Assembly: GCA_964437985.1 (NCBI GenBank)
Contig: CAYTIL010000025.1
Location: forward strand, 58,669-122,668
Direction of reading: 5' to 3'
Length of the DNA stretch: 64,000 bases
Source of the DNA: an uncultured Acidobacteriaceae bacterium
Lineage (GTDB): Bacteria; Acidobacteriota; Terriglobia; Terriglobales; Acidobacteriaceae
The position numbers were made by a program, and so were the translations under genes. A model generated the notes under the pieces. It was not told where the DNA came from. It saw only the letters and a program-made list of their open reading frames with translations, and did not search any database. This document shows, in pieces, positions 55,270 to 64,000 of the stretch (positions within the stretch are counted from its first letter, which is position 1; the number at the start of each line of letters is the position of its first letter).

Positions 55270-55725
55270 CTACACCGCTTCGAAGCTCGCCGAGCCGTCC
55301 TCGCCCAGCGATGCGTAATACAGCTCGACTTGCCGGTTACCAAACCGCTTTTTCAGGAGGTCGCTCGTGTCGCGCAGGTCTGAGGTCATCCGTTGACGGA
55401 TGCGCCCAGGGTTGTGCCCGAAACGCGCATCCAGATACCAGCGGCAATCCTCGTGAGCGATTAGGACGAGCCTCGCCGGGTCAACCAGATCCACGATGAA
55501 CTGCACCCAGCGCCAGCCCGACCAGGAAAACTTGGGCAGGTAACCGGCGAGCGTCAGCAGCTGCGCCCCGCCCGGGGCCGCGATCAGGGCGTAGTTATCG
55601 AGCCCCAGGCCCTTTATCAGAAATTCCTGAAAGTGCGGCTGGTAACGAGGATCGCTGCAATGAATGACGACCGCGGCGCGCTCCATTCTTGCGGCGACCG
55701 CTTGGGTCCGGTAGAGCGTTGGCAT
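55270..55725 (-). CDS. Hypothetical protein, possibly beta-carbonic-anhydrase-like
   Basis: 151 aa. HCSDPR and HEDC resemble the β-CA CxDxR / HxxC zinc motifs, but the protein is short for a β-CA. Confidence 0.35.
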   Translation of the reverse strand: MPTLYRTQAVAARMERAAVVIHCSDPRYQPHFQEFLIKGLGLDNYALIAAPGGAQLLTLAGYLPKFSWSGWRWVQFIVDLVDPARLVLIAHEDCRWYLDARFGHNPGRIRQRMTSDLRDTSDLLKKRFGNRQVELYYASLGEDGSASFEAV

Positions 55726-55782
55726 GCCGAGATTCTAAGCCATGGCGCCGCCACCGCTGGTCGCGTGCGGCAAAACATGCGG

Positions 55783-57348
55783 CTAGGGCTTGGTCCGCTC
55801 CTTCTTGGACAGTTCACCCGATCCTCCGCCCGGCGTCTCGGCCGGCGTTCCACCGTTAGTCTGTTTTTGCACGCCCAGTTGTTCGAGGACGTTGGGCAGG
55901 TTCAGGCCCAGCGCCTCCAGTTGCTGCAACAGATTGAAGACGATCGTGGGACTGGTCTTGGCCAGGCGGGCCAAACCACCGCCGTCGGGGCCGCCGCCTT
56001 GATCAATCACCACCACCTTATCTATGTTGCCCAGTGGAGCGGCCACAGCGCCGAAGATGCCGGCGGAGGCCTGCAAAATCGCGGGCAGCTTTTCCAGGAT
56101 GGTCTGCATGCGCGCGGCTTCGTTGAACTGCTTCCAGGCCTCCGCCTTGCGCAGGATGGCGGTGGCTTCCGCCACCCCCTGGGCTTCGATAGCTTTGGCT
56201 TGCGCCAGCCCGATGGCTTCGATCTTCGCGGCTTCGGCCCTGCCTTCGGCTTCCACCGCGGCGGCGCGGCCCGTGCCTTCCATGCGCAATTTTTCCTGCT
56301 CCGCCTGGGCGATGGAGATCATAGCGAGACGTCTGCCCTCGGCTTCGAGGATGGCCGCCTGCTTGGAGGCCTCGGCGCGCGTGATGGCCGCCTGGCGGTC
56401 GGCCTCGGCGGGTTTGATCACGGTGGCTTCCAGCTCCTTCTGCCGGCGCTGCACTTCCTGCTCCTGCACGGAAATCATTTCCTGCGTGCGGATGCGCTCC
56501 ACCTTGACTTCTTCCGCCACCACCGCCTGCCGGGCCTTCGCATCAGAAAGCGGCCCGGCTTGCTGTGCCTTGGCCTTCTCGGTTTCGATCTCCGCCGTGT
56601 ACTGCGCCTGGCGGATGGCAAAGTCGCGCTGCGCCTGGGCAATATCGGCCTCGGCGTTGAACTTGGCTTTCTCGCCCTGCTGCAGCGCTTCCGACGATTT
56701 GATCTTGGCGTCGCGCGTGGCCTCAGCCTCGCCGATGCTGGCGTCGCGCTTCACTTCCGCGGTGCGCCGCTTGCCCAGCGCGTTCAGGTACTCTTCTTCG
56801 TCGCTGATCTCCTGGATGGTGAGCACGTCCACGCCCACGCCCATTTTTTCCAGGTCCACAGCGGCTTCCGAAGTCAGCTTCTGGGCGAAGCTGGCGCGAT
56901 CGCTGTTCACTTCCTCCACGGTCAGCGTACCCAGGATGGAGCGCAGGTGTCCTTCCAGCGTCTGGAAGATCACCTGCTGCAACTGCGGCGGAGTCATGCC
57001 CAGAAATCGCTCGGCGGCCGCCTTCATGGAGGTCTCGTCGCCGCGGATCTTCACGTTGGCCACCGCCTTCACCGAGACTGGAACGCCCTTCAAGGTGTAG
57101 GCGCGCTTGATCTCCAGCGGGATGGTGAGCACGTTCAGCGACAGGTACTCCACCTTCTCCAGGATGGGGATGCGCAGCGTGGAGCCGCCCCGCACCAGCC
57201 GGAACCCGCCCCGCCCGCCGCTGATCACCGCCACAACGTTGGGCGACACCTTGATGTAGTTGCGGCTGAACTGCCAGGCGGCGATGAACAGCGCCAGCAC
57301 CGAAAGCAGCACGATAAAGGGAAGAAACAGGTCTTTGAGTTCGGACAT
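55783..57348 (-). CDS. Flotillin family protein (SPFH/band 7 domain)
   Basis: N-terminal TM segment, SPFH domain, then a long Ala/Glu/Gln-rich coiled-coil flotillin region. Confidence 0.85.
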   Translation of the reverse strand: MSELKDLFLPFIVLLSVLALFIAAWQFSRNYIKVSPNVVAVISGGRGGFRLVRGGSTLRIPILEKVEYLSLNVLTIPLEIKRAYTLKGVPVSVKAVANVKIRGDETSMKAAAERFLGMTPPQLQQVIFQTLEGHLRSILGTLTVEEVNSDRASFAQKLTSEAAVDLEKMGVGVDVLTIQEISDEEEYLNALGKRRTAEVKRDASIGEAEATRDAKIKSSEALQQGEKAKFNAEADIAQAQRDFAIRQAQYTAEIETEKAKAQQAGPLSDAKARQAVVAEEVKVERIRTQEMISVQEQEVQRRQKELEATVIKPAEADRQAAITRAEASKQAAILEAEGRRLAMISIAQAEQEKLRMEGTGRAAAVEAEGRAEAAKIEAIGLAQAKAIEAQGVAEATAILRKAEAWKQFNEAARMQTILEKLPAILQASAGIFGAVAAPLGNIDKVVVIDQGGGPDGGGLARLAKTSPTIVFNLLQQLEALGLNLPNVLEQLGVQKQTNGGTPAETPGGGSGELSKKERTKP

Positions 57349-57370
57349 CTTTGGGCACCTCCTTGAGGCG

Positions 57371-57913
57371 CTATTGCTTCTCCACCACGACCGTCTCGCC
57401 CAGAACTTCTTTCACCACCACCGCGGTGTTTTCGGCAACCGGAGCGCCGTCCCGCGAGCGCGCGATCTTGTCCACCAGTTCCCCGTGCAGGCTGCATCGC
57501 ACTTGGCCCAAGCCTCCCGCAGGAATAGCCACCACGATGCGTCCGCTCAGCCCGACCAGGTCCGTCGAGACCATGTGGGTGGTGGACTGCTGGCCGTAGA
57601 GAAAGCGCGCAAAGGCGTAGATGACCCCGCCAAAAACCAGCCCGCTGGCGAAGCCGACTCCCGAGGCGGGCAGCGGGCCCAGTCCGTAGCGCGCGGCCAC
57701 TGCGCCAAAGCCGCCAAATGCGGTGACGAACACGCTCATCACCCGCACGCTGAAAAAGCCGGGGCCGCCGCTCTCGGCGTGGGCGTCGAAGTGTCCGTCA
57801 CCGAAATGTTCGAAGGCTTCGCCGAACACCAGCGACACCACCAGTAGGATGAACCCGATGGCAGCGATCGCCAGGAAGATGCTGAACGCGGAGAAGCCGG
57901 AGAGAAAATCCAT
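57371..57913 (-). CDS. NfeD-like membrane protein (flotillin-associated)
   Basis: About 181 aa from MDFLSGFSAFSIFLAIAAIGFILLV… with a C-terminal OB-fold segment. It is immediately upstream of the flotillin gene, the usual nfeD-floT pairing. The start was taken at the internal ATG, and the coordinate is accurate to about ±1 nt by my count. Confidence 0.65.
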   Translation of the reverse strand: MDFLSGFSAFSIFLAIAAIGFILLVVSLVFGEAFEHFGDGHFDAHAESGGPGFFSVRVMSVFVTAFGGFGAVAARYGLGPLPASGVGFASGLVFGGVIYAFARFLYGQQSTTHMVSTDLVGLSGRIVVAIPAGGLGQVRCSLHGELVDKIARSRDGAPVAENTAVVVKEVLGETVVVEKQ

Positions 57914-57980
57914 CCCTGGGACACCTCGGCGAACCGTAACTCTATGCGGGGGTGACGAGGAAGTCAATATTCAGGGCTGT

Positions 57981-58008
57981 GTAGCCCGGCCGCCCCCGGC
58001 CGGGCTAG
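57981..58008. repeat. REP-like family B: gtagcccggccgcccccggccgggctag
   Basis: Third copy of the GTAG + cccggccg/cggccggg palindrome, in the divergent region between nfeD and the cysteine-dioxygenase-like gene. Confidence 0.65.
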
Positions 58009-58039
58009 AATTCCCTATCCGCGAACAGGGGGCAAGGAC

Positions 58040-58642
58040 ATGAGCACGCTGGGACAAAAGGCTGCGGCCGCGCAAACCGTTTCCATCCAGGAGTTCGTCG
58101 CCGGGCTGCGCCAGTTTCCGGAAGCGGCGTTTAGCGGAACCCGGACCATCCAGGACTACCTTGCGCAGCATCCCGTGGATCCCGCTTCGCTCACGCCCTA
58201 TCTGTTCTGGGACCGCCAGCACTACACCCGCAACCTCATCGACGCCACCCCGCTGTACGACCTCATCGCCATCTGCTGGGAGGCTGGACATCACAGCTCC
58301 ACCCACAACCATCGCGACCAGAACTGCTGGATGGCGGTGCCTATCGGCCGGCTGCTGGTGCAGAACTATCGCGTGCTCTTCCAGGACCTGAAGGCAGGCA
58401 AGTGCGACATCCGCCCCACCGACATCGTGGAGATGAACGCCGCCAACCCACTGGCTGTGAATCCCGCCGAGCCCGTGCACAAGGTCTATAACCCGCGCGA
58501 GTTCGGTGAACGCGCCGTGAGCCTGCACCTGTATTCCCGCCCTTTCGATTCCTGCGACGTCTACTCCGAAGAACAGCACACCTGCGGGGAGATCAAGCTG
58601 AGCTACAACTCGCAGTACGGCGAGGTTTGCAAGAAGGCATGA
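58040..58642 (+). CDS. Cysteine dioxygenase type I family cupin protein
   Basis: Cupin metal motif …GHHSSTHNHRDQNCW… and the conserved Tyr region of CDO/MDO-type thiol dioxygenases. Confidence 0.65.
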   Translation: MSTLGQKAAAAQTVSIQEFVAGLRQFPEAAFSGTRTIQDYLAQHPVDPASLTPYLFWDRQHYTRNLIDATPLYDLIAICWEAGHHSSTHNHRDQNCWMAVPIGRLLVQNYRVLFQDLKAGKCDIRPTDIVEMNAANPLAVNPAEPVHKVYNPREFGERAVSLHLYSRPFDSCDVYSEEQHTCGEIKLSYNSQYGEVCKKA

Positions 58643-58645
58643 TTG

Positions 58646-58817
58646 TTCACCACGGAGACACGGAGGCACGGAGAACAGCAAGTCAAAAATCAAAAGGCAA
58701 AAGGGAAAAGGGAAAAGGCAACAAGCCGCTGGCAATACGCCATGAACGAGGCAAGAGGTCTTCTCTTTTGCCTTTTGATTTTTTACTCTTGCCTTCTCCG
58801 TGCCTCCGTGCCTCCGT
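58646..58817. repeat. Long imperfect inverted repeat (~55 nt arms) around a ~57 nt centre
   Basis: Left arm ttcaccacggagacacggaggcacggagaacagcaagtcaaaaatcaaaaggcaaaaggg. The right arm reverse complement is attcaccacggaggcacggagaaggcaagagtaaaaaatcaaaaggcaaaagag. It is A-rich, which is atypical for this genome, and lies between the CDO-like gene and the ABC ATPase gene. Confidence 0.65.
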
Positions 58818-58875
58818 GGTGAATCGTGACTCGCGAACTTTTGCCCCCGTTTCTGCGTAGTACCATCAGATAGCT

Positions 58876-59595
58876 ATGCCTGCCAACGGCGCTGCCATCC
58901 GCACCGAAGACGTCCGCCGCCACTACCGCATGGGCGAAGCCGAAATCCGCGCCGTGGACGGCGTGACCCTGGAAGTTCCCTCGGGAGAATTCGTGGCCCT
59001 GCTGGGCACTTCCGGATCGGGAAAGTCCACGCTGCTGAACCTGATCGCCGGCCTGGACCGGCCCACCACCGGCTCCATCGTGGTGCACGGGCGCGACCTG
59101 GCGAAGATGTCGTCGCTGGAGCTGGCCGAATACCGCCGCCACACCGCCGCCATGGTCTTCCAGGCGTTCAACCTTATTCCTTCGATGACCCTGCAGCAGA
59201 ACGTTGACCTTCCGCTGCGCTTCGCCGAAGTGGAGCGCCGCGAGCGCGAGCAGCGGGTGCGTGACGCCCTGGAGCGCGTGGGCCTGGGCGGGCGCAGCGG
59301 CCATCGCCCCAGCGAGCTCTCCGGCGGCGAGCAGCAGCGGGCATCGCTGGCGCGGGCGCTGGTGAACCGCCCCTCGCTGCTCCTGGCCGACGAGCCCACC
59401 GGTAACCTCGACAGCCGCACCGGCGAGGAAATCATGGGACTCATCCGCGACCTCAACCAGTCGCTGGGCATGACCGTGGTGCTGGTGACTCATGAACGGC
59501 CGCTGGCCGAGCGTTTCGCCGGCCGTTTCCTGTTCATGTCCGACGGCAAACTGGTGGCCTCGGAAGGCGCCTCCTCCCGGGGAGCACAGTCATGA
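58876..59595 (+). CDS. ABC transporter ATP-binding protein (MacB/LolD-type)
   Basis: Walker A GTSGSGKST, signature LSGGEQQR, Walker B LLLADEPTGNLD. Confidence 0.9.
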   Translation: MPANGAAIRTEDVRRHYRMGEAEIRAVDGVTLEVPSGEFVALLGTSGSGKSTLLNLIAGLDRPTTGSIVVHGRDLAKMSSLELAEYRRHTAAMVFQAFNLIPSMTLQQNVDLPLRFAEVERREREQRVRDALERVGLGGRSGHRPSELSGGEQQRASLARALVNRPSLLLADEPTGNLDSRTGEEIMGLIRDLNQSLGMTVVLVTHERPLAERFAGRFLFMSDGKLVASEGASSRGAQS

Positions 59596-60950
59596 AGGCA
59601 CCCGACCTGTTCGATCTGGCCACCCGCAATCTGCGCCAGTCGATGCTGCGCAATTCGCTGACCACGCTGGGCATTGCCGTGGGCGTGGCCTCGCTGGTGG
59701 CCATGCTGTCGCTGGGCATCGGCTTGCAGGAAATGGCCGGCCGCCGGCTGCAAAGCTCGGGCCTGTTCGACACTATCTTTGTGACTTCGCGCCAGGACTT
59801 CCGCGGCGTGGAGCGCGACGAGCCGCGCAAGCCGGCGGAGGATGTCCGCTCGCTCAACGACGCCGCCCGCACCCAGCTCCGTCAGCTCGACGGCGTGATT
59901 GAGGTGTTTCCGGAAATTCGCCTCACCACCGAAGCGCGCTACGAGGGCAAGATGCACTTTGCTTTCGTGGCCGCGCTGCCGCCCTCGGCACGCGAGAACG
60001 AAGCGTTTGAGACCCTCCAGGGATCGTTCTTCTCCGGGCCCGTGGCCGAGGAAGCCATCCTTGCGCAGGAGTTCGCCAAGGAACTGAGCCCGCAGCCCGC
60101 TTCGCTGCTGGGCAAGGAGATCGTGGTGCGCTACGCCGAGCGCCAGCCTCTGGCCGGCGGCGACGGCGCCGCTGCTGCCGGCGCCCAGAGCGCGAACGAC
60201 GACGACGACCCCTTCGGCTTCACCGTGGTACGCCGCGATCAGAAGCTGCGCATCGTGGGCATCGTGGAGCGCGAGCCCTTCGGCGGCGTGCGCGCGGTTT
60301 CCTCGGCGCGCATCTTCCTGCCCACCGGCCTCGCGGAAAATCTGAACGTCCTGCAGTTCTCCGACCTGCGCGGCGCCACCCGCTCCAGCAAAGAGCGCAC
60401 CTACGTGAGCCTGGCGGTCCGTGTGGACAGCCCGGGGCGCGTCGAGGAAGTGCAGAACGCCATCAAGAAGATGGGCTTCCGCACCTTCTCGGTTTTTGAC
60501 GCCGCCCGCAACCTGCGCCGCTTCTTCGCCGTGCTCGACCTGTTCCTCGGCATCTTCGGTAGCCTGGCGCTGGCGGTGGCGTCGCTGGGAATTGTGAACA
60601 CGCTGGTAATGGCCATCCTGGAACGGCGCCGCGAAATCGGCATTATGAAGGCCGTGGGCGCCTCCGACGCCGACGTCAAGCGGCTCTTCTTCGTCGAAGC
60701 CGGAGTGATGGGCGCATTCGGCGGAGCATTGGGCGTCCTGCTGGGCTGGGCCCTGGGCCGCTCCATCAACTGGGCAACCAACCTCTACCTCGCGCGCCAG
60801 CAGCTTCCCCCGGAGCAGATCTGGTCGGTGCCCTGGTGGCTGGTGGCCGCGGCCCTGGGCTTCGCGGTTCTGGTCAGCCTGGTCTCCGGACTCTATCCCG
60901 CGGCGCGCGCCTCGAAACTCGATCCCGTGCAGGCCCTGCGCTATGACTAG
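59592..60950 (+). CDS. ABC transporter permease (FtsX/MacB family)
   Basis: N-terminal TM segment, a large periplasmic MacB_PCD-like domain, then a C-terminal FtsX 4-TM bundle (…LVMAILERRREIGIMKAVGAS…). It overlaps the ATPase gene by 4 nt. Confidence 0.85.
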   Translation: MKAPDLFDLATRNLRQSMLRNSLTTLGIAVGVASLVAMLSLGIGLQEMAGRRLQSSGLFDTIFVTSRQDFRGVERDEPRKPAEDVRSLNDAARTQLRQLDGVIEVFPEIRLTTEARYEGKMHFAFVAALPPSARENEAFETLQGSFFSGPVAEEAILAQEFAKELSPQPASLLGKEIVVRYAERQPLAGGDGAAAAGAQSANDDDDPFGFTVVRRDQKLRIVGIVEREPFGGVRAVSSARIFLPTGLAENLNVLQFSDLRGATRSSKERTYVSLAVRVDSPGRVEEVQNAIKKMGFRTFSVFDAARNLRRFFAVLDLFLGIFGSLALAVASLGIVNTLVMAILERRREIGIMKAVGASDADVKRLFFVEAGVMGAFGGALGVLLGWALGRSINWATNLYLARQQLPPEQIWSVPWWLVAAALGFAVLVSLVSGLYPAARASKLDPVQALRYD

Positions 60951-60963
60951 CGCTGCCGCCTGC

Positions 60964-61884
60964 ATGTCAAAAAATCGAAGGATAACTGCGGTCTCCAACC
61001 CTCTGATGTCGTTCTTGTCATTTTGCATTTTTACTTTTGCATTGTGCCTTGCTCCTTCCGCCCACGCCGCCTCCAGCGCCGAATGTAAAACGGTGAAGAG
61101 CGCCATCCTCAAGCGCGCGGTGCGCTACTGCGCGCTGCTGCCCGCCGGCTACGCCACCGACAAGACGCGCCGCTTCCCGGTCCTCTATTACCTGCACGGG
61201 CTGGGCGCGGATGAGCAGTCCCTGGTGCGCAGCGGCGGATGGAACCTGGTAGAGAGCCTGCAGGAGGAGAAACGCATCGGAGAATTCGTCCTGATCACGC
61301 CCGACGGCGGCCGCAGCTTCTACATCAACTCCCGCGACGGACGCCTGCGCTACGAAGACTTCTTCCTCCGCGAGTTCCTGCCCGCCATCGAAAAGCGCTA
61401 CCGGGTGCAGGCGGTGCGTGCCGGGCGCGCCGTGGCAGGAACCTCCATGGGCGGCTACGGCGCGCTGCGCCTCGCCTTCAAGTATCCTCAGATCTTTTCC
61501 GCGGCCAGCGCGCACAGCGCCGCGCTCATGGAAAAGCTGCCGCCGGGCGCGGGCGAAACTCCCGGACTGGGAGGCAGCCGCGGCTGGATCCTAGGCGATG
61601 TGTTCGGTTCCCCGTTCGACCAGGCCTTCTACGACCGCAACAGCCCGCTCGCCCTGGCCAAAGCAGGAGCCGGACTGTCGCGCGTGAAGATTTACTTTGA
61701 CTGCGGCCGCGACGACGAGTACGGCTTCGACGCCGGCGCCGAGAAGCTCCATCAGGAGCTGAACTCGCGCCGCATTGCCCACGAATTTCACATCTACCCC
61801 GGCGGACACAGTTGGAGCTACGTGGCCGAGCATCTGGACGAATCGCTGGCGTTCCACTCGCGGGCCTTCGGGCTGACTCGATAG
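60964..61884 (+). CDS. Alpha/beta hydrolase, esterase family (esterase D/putative esterase PF00756-like), secreted
   Basis: Signal peptide …FCIFTFALCLAPSAHA. The GTSMGGYGAL nucleophile elbow and the FPVLYYLHG motif are present. The start is uncertain (60964 or 61006). Confidence 0.7.
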   Translation: MSKNRRITAVSNPLMSFLSFCIFTFALCLAPSAHAASSAECKTVKSAILKRAVRYCALLPAGYATDKTRRFPVLYYLHGLGADEQSLVRSGGWNLVESLQEEKRIGEFVLITPDGGRSFYINSRDGRLRYEDFFLREFLPAIEKRYRVQAVRAGRAVAGTSMGGYGALRLAFKYPQIFSAASAHSAALMEKLPPGAGETPGLGGSRGWILGDVFGSPFDQAFYDRNSPLALAKAGAGLSRVKIYFDCGRDDEYGFDAGAEKLHQELNSRRIAHEFHIYPGGHSWSYVAEHLDESLAFHSRAFGLTR

Positions 61885-61941
61885 CTCCAAGAGCACTTCA
61901 GCGGAAGTAGACTGGCATGAGTCTCAGATACCCTCGGCCCA

Positions 61942-63258
61942 CTAGATGGCCTTCGAGCACGCCACGAACACTTCGTCGAGAAACGCCTTACACCGCCTGA
62001 AGTTCCACCACGTGTCGGTGAGCGGATGAATGTAAACCCATTTACCGTTCAGCTCGACTAGGATGACATCTTCCATAAGTGTCTCTCGCTCGTAACGAGC
62101 CATTCGAGCGTTCGAGCGCAGCGTGTCTCGAAACTGGTCGCGTGCCTGACCGGGCGGGAAAAGACCCAAGCACCGATCAAGTCCAGCTTTGCGGATATCA
62201 TCATCTAACTCATCCACAGTTGGTTCGTGATCGGGCTTTTGAACCACCTTTCCCGGTGTCACCATTCCGCGATGCGCGGTGGTATGTCTTACGGTCGCTA
62301 CCCGATTAATAAATTCCGTGTGGGCTGGATTCTCGAATACAGCGTAGACCTCGGGCGATTTCGCTCGCAGGGCTTTCAGAAACTCTGGGCTTCTAGCACC
62401 AACCCGCCTTGAGGGTATTCCCAGGCCCAGCAAGCCACTTACTAGGACCGCAGCGTGGTCGAATGCGCCATACAGCAACAGATAATAAAAGTTTAGGTAG
62501 TAAGCAATTTCAGACGAGAACTTCTGCCGTTTCCATTGGGCACGCCTCGATACCGCCTGTTGCATCTCGTAGAAGAGCAAGCGATCCCGAGTAAAGGAGA
62601 GGTCACCTAGTCGGTTGTAAACCAGCGAACGCCCGGCCTCAACAGCCTCGGAGTCTGCGCCCTTTGTTTGACACAACGCCAGGAACTCCATTCCGGGCTT
62701 GAAGGTCCACGCTTCTGACAGCTGATAGGAAGCGGTCCAGGTGGTGAACCACGCTTTGTATGCAAATGCCCAAGGTACGTCGTGACCTCTCACGAATATT
62801 TCCGAGTACCGGAGCACGAAGTCAGGAGTGGTTAGCAAGAGGCCTAACTTCTCGAATTCTCTTATGTAGGGAAGCCACTCAGCGGCATCGGTTACTACGC
62901 AATCGGCGTCGCACGCTAGCGCCGTAGCCGCAACAATTTGTAGTTGGCCATCAAGCTGGTCCCGGATGGCCGTACCGATCGTAGAAATATCGGTGGACTT
63001 TGTGATTGGTGTCACATCAATGCCGATGCCGCGCATTATTGAGATCCCCATTTCATCGTCCGCGGGGATGAAAAGGTGGATCGAACAAATCGGTGGCTGA
63101 AAGTGGTTAAGGTACGCACGCAACTGCTCGAGCTCGTCGAATAGAACCAGGTTCTTCCGGTCCTGAGGTGAGGTCAGCCACACCAATACATCGAGAGACC
63201 GTTTTGTTCGTCCTGCATCTTCAACCTCGGGGATTATCCTTCCACGGACAAGCGGCAA
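61942..63258 (-). CDS. Hypothetical protein on a low-GC insertion; C-terminal region has an R-x4-H (HEPN-like, R[NH]xxAH) motif
   Basis: 438 aa ORF. The local GC is about 53% against about 67% in the flanks (estimated by eye from stretches such as ataataaaagtttaggtagtaagcaatttcagacgagaac). The motif FINRVATVRHTTAHRG resembles the HEPN/Abi_2 signature. No other family was recognised. Confidence 0.5.
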   Translation of the reverse strand: MPLVRGRIIPEVEDAGRTKRSLDVLVWLTSPQDRKNLVLFDELEQLRAYLNHFQPPICSIHLFIPADDEMGISIMRGIGIDVTPITKSTDISTIGTAIRDQLDGQLQIVAATALACDADCVVTDAAEWLPYIREFEKLGLLLTTPDFVLRYSEIFVRGHDVPWAFAYKAWFTTWTASYQLSEAWTFKPGMEFLALCQTKGADSEAVEAGRSLVYNRLGDLSFTRDRLLFYEMQQAVSRRAQWKRQKFSSEIAYYLNFYYLLLYGAFDHAAVLVSGLLGLGIPSRRVGARSPEFLKALRAKSPEVYAVFENPAHTEFINRVATVRHTTAHRGMVTPGKVVQKPDHEPTVDELDDDIRKAGLDRCLGLFPPGQARDQFRDTLRSNARMARYERETLMEDVILVELNGKWVYIHPLTDTWWNFRRCKAFLDEVFVACSKAI

Positions 63259-63264
63259 GTATTG

Positions 63265-64000
63265 TCACCTCGCTCTCGCGTTATCGGCTTGCTCCGTCGT
63301 GGGCGCCCGCAGCGGTCGCAAGCGGCGCTCCTCCTGTACGGCGCGCAGCGCCTCGATCACGAAGATCACGGTCAACCCCAGCAGCAGCACTGCCACCACG
63401 CCGTTGATGAGCACCGGGTCCCAGCGCAGCCCTGCCCTCCGCAGTGCGGCCAGGCCTTCGCCAGCCTGCACCACCAGCGCGCTGACGGTGACGGTCATCA
63501 GGAACATCATGGGCAGCAGGGTGTACCAGCAGCGGCGGCCGCTGCGGTACAGCCACACGCTCACCGCCAGCAAGGTGAGCGACGCCAGCAACTGGTTCGA
63601 GGTCCCGAACAGCACCCAGAAACTGCGCCACGAGCCTTCGCCGGAGGAAAGCAACACCACCAACGCGAGGCCGGCGGTGACCGCGGAGGCGACCACTCGC
63701 GCGGCCCGTCCGAAGAATGGTCCCAGCAGCCCGCCCGCCAGTTCCTCGAGCAGGTAGCGGCCCAGGCGTGTGGCTACGTCGAGCGTGTCGAAGACGAACG
63801 TGGAGAAGGCCATGGCGCCGAAGGTGACGGCGAAAATACGCCACTGCTCTCCGATCAGCACGGTCAGAAACGCGGCCACGCCGTCTCCGTAGAGCTTGCC
63901 GGGCGCGCGCCCTGCCACATCACCGGGGAGCACGATCATCACGGTGCTCAGCGCGATCAGCGCCACCAGTCCTTCCAGCAGCATGGCCCCGAAGCCAATG
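63265..64000 (-). CDS. cstA: Carbon starvation protein CstA, C-terminal part (gene continues beyond the window end)
   Basis: A polytopic membrane segment with a CstA-type LFGTSNQLLA region. The ORF is open at the window edge. Confidence 0.55.
   Translation of the reverse strand, partial: IGFGAMLLEGLVALIALSTVMIVLPGDVAGRAPGKLYGDGVAAFLTVLIGEQWRIFAVTFGAMAFSTFVFDTLDVATRLGRYLLEELAGGLLGPFFGRAARVVASAVTAGLALVVLLSSGEGSWRSFWVLFGTSNQLLASLTLLAVSVWLYRSGRRCWYTLLPMMFLMTVTVSALVVQAGEGLAALRRAGLRWDPVLINGVVAVLLLGLTVIFVIEALRAVQEERRLRPLRAPTTEQADNARAR

Noticed and set aside
55633-57366. 577 aa plus-strand ORF
   Set aside because: Antisense to the flotillin gene (SPFH domain and coiled coil on the minus strand).
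59490-61112. 540 aa minus-strand ORF
   Set aside because: Antisense to the FtsX-type permease and esterase genes.
1-64000. tRNA, rRNA or tmRNA genes
   Set aside because: No cloverleaf-compatible 70-90 nt segments with a GTTC-type T-loop box were seen in the intergenic regions, nor any rRNA-like stretches. All larger intergenic spaces are accounted for by the repeat families.

Overview
This is a high-GC (~67%) bacterial chromosomal window with Acidobacteria-like gene content: a TonB-dependent receptor with a carboxypeptidase-regulatory-like N-terminus, a CRTAC1/FG-GAP protein, and a Ser/Thr kinase fused to a TolB-like propeller. The taxonomic placement is inference only. The main housekeeping and metabolic blocks are: (i) M24/M20 peptidases and panE; (ii) a xanthine-dehydrogenase/CODH-family operon coxM-S-G-L on the minus strand; (iii) a TonB receptor followed by a two-component flavin monooxygenase pair; (iv) a complete coenzyme F420 biosynthesis operon cofG-cofD-cofC-cofE-cofH-fno, preceded by two paralogous membrane proteins and a bicupin; (v) an E. 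coli-type fumarate reductase operon frdABCD; (vi) a FabH-like ketosynthase fused to a heme-oxygenase-like diiron domain; (vii) a PilZ-PAS hybrid histidine kinase; (viii) a translationally coupled lipid-type operon (fatty acyl-CoA reductase with a degenerate HAD-like N-terminus, a thioester-reductase-like SDR, a pyruvyl-transferase-family protein, an acyl-CoA synthetase) facing a B12-binding radical SAM gene; (ix) a flotillin/NfeD pair, a cysteine-dioxygenase-like cupin, a MacB-type ABC transporter pair and an esterase; (x) a single low-GC (~53%) inserted gene with an R-x4-H (HEPN-like) motif next to a partial cstA. The non-coding DNA is unusually rich in small repeats. Family C is a ~55-66 nt element with conserved ends (gtcatccYgagc ... 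cgaRggaYcttacga). Two tandem copies and one inverted copy of it bracket a GIY-YIG nuclease gene, and five further copies are dispersed. Two GTAG-headed REP-like palindromic families (A, B) are present. Three heptamer/decamer tandem-repeat families (D, E, F) sit in intergenic and promoter-proximal DNA. Two long inverted repeats (38..165 and 58646..58817), a complex palindrome (30941..31025) and a frameshifted small ORF between frdA and frdB are also present. No rRNA, tRNA or CRISPR array was found by eye.
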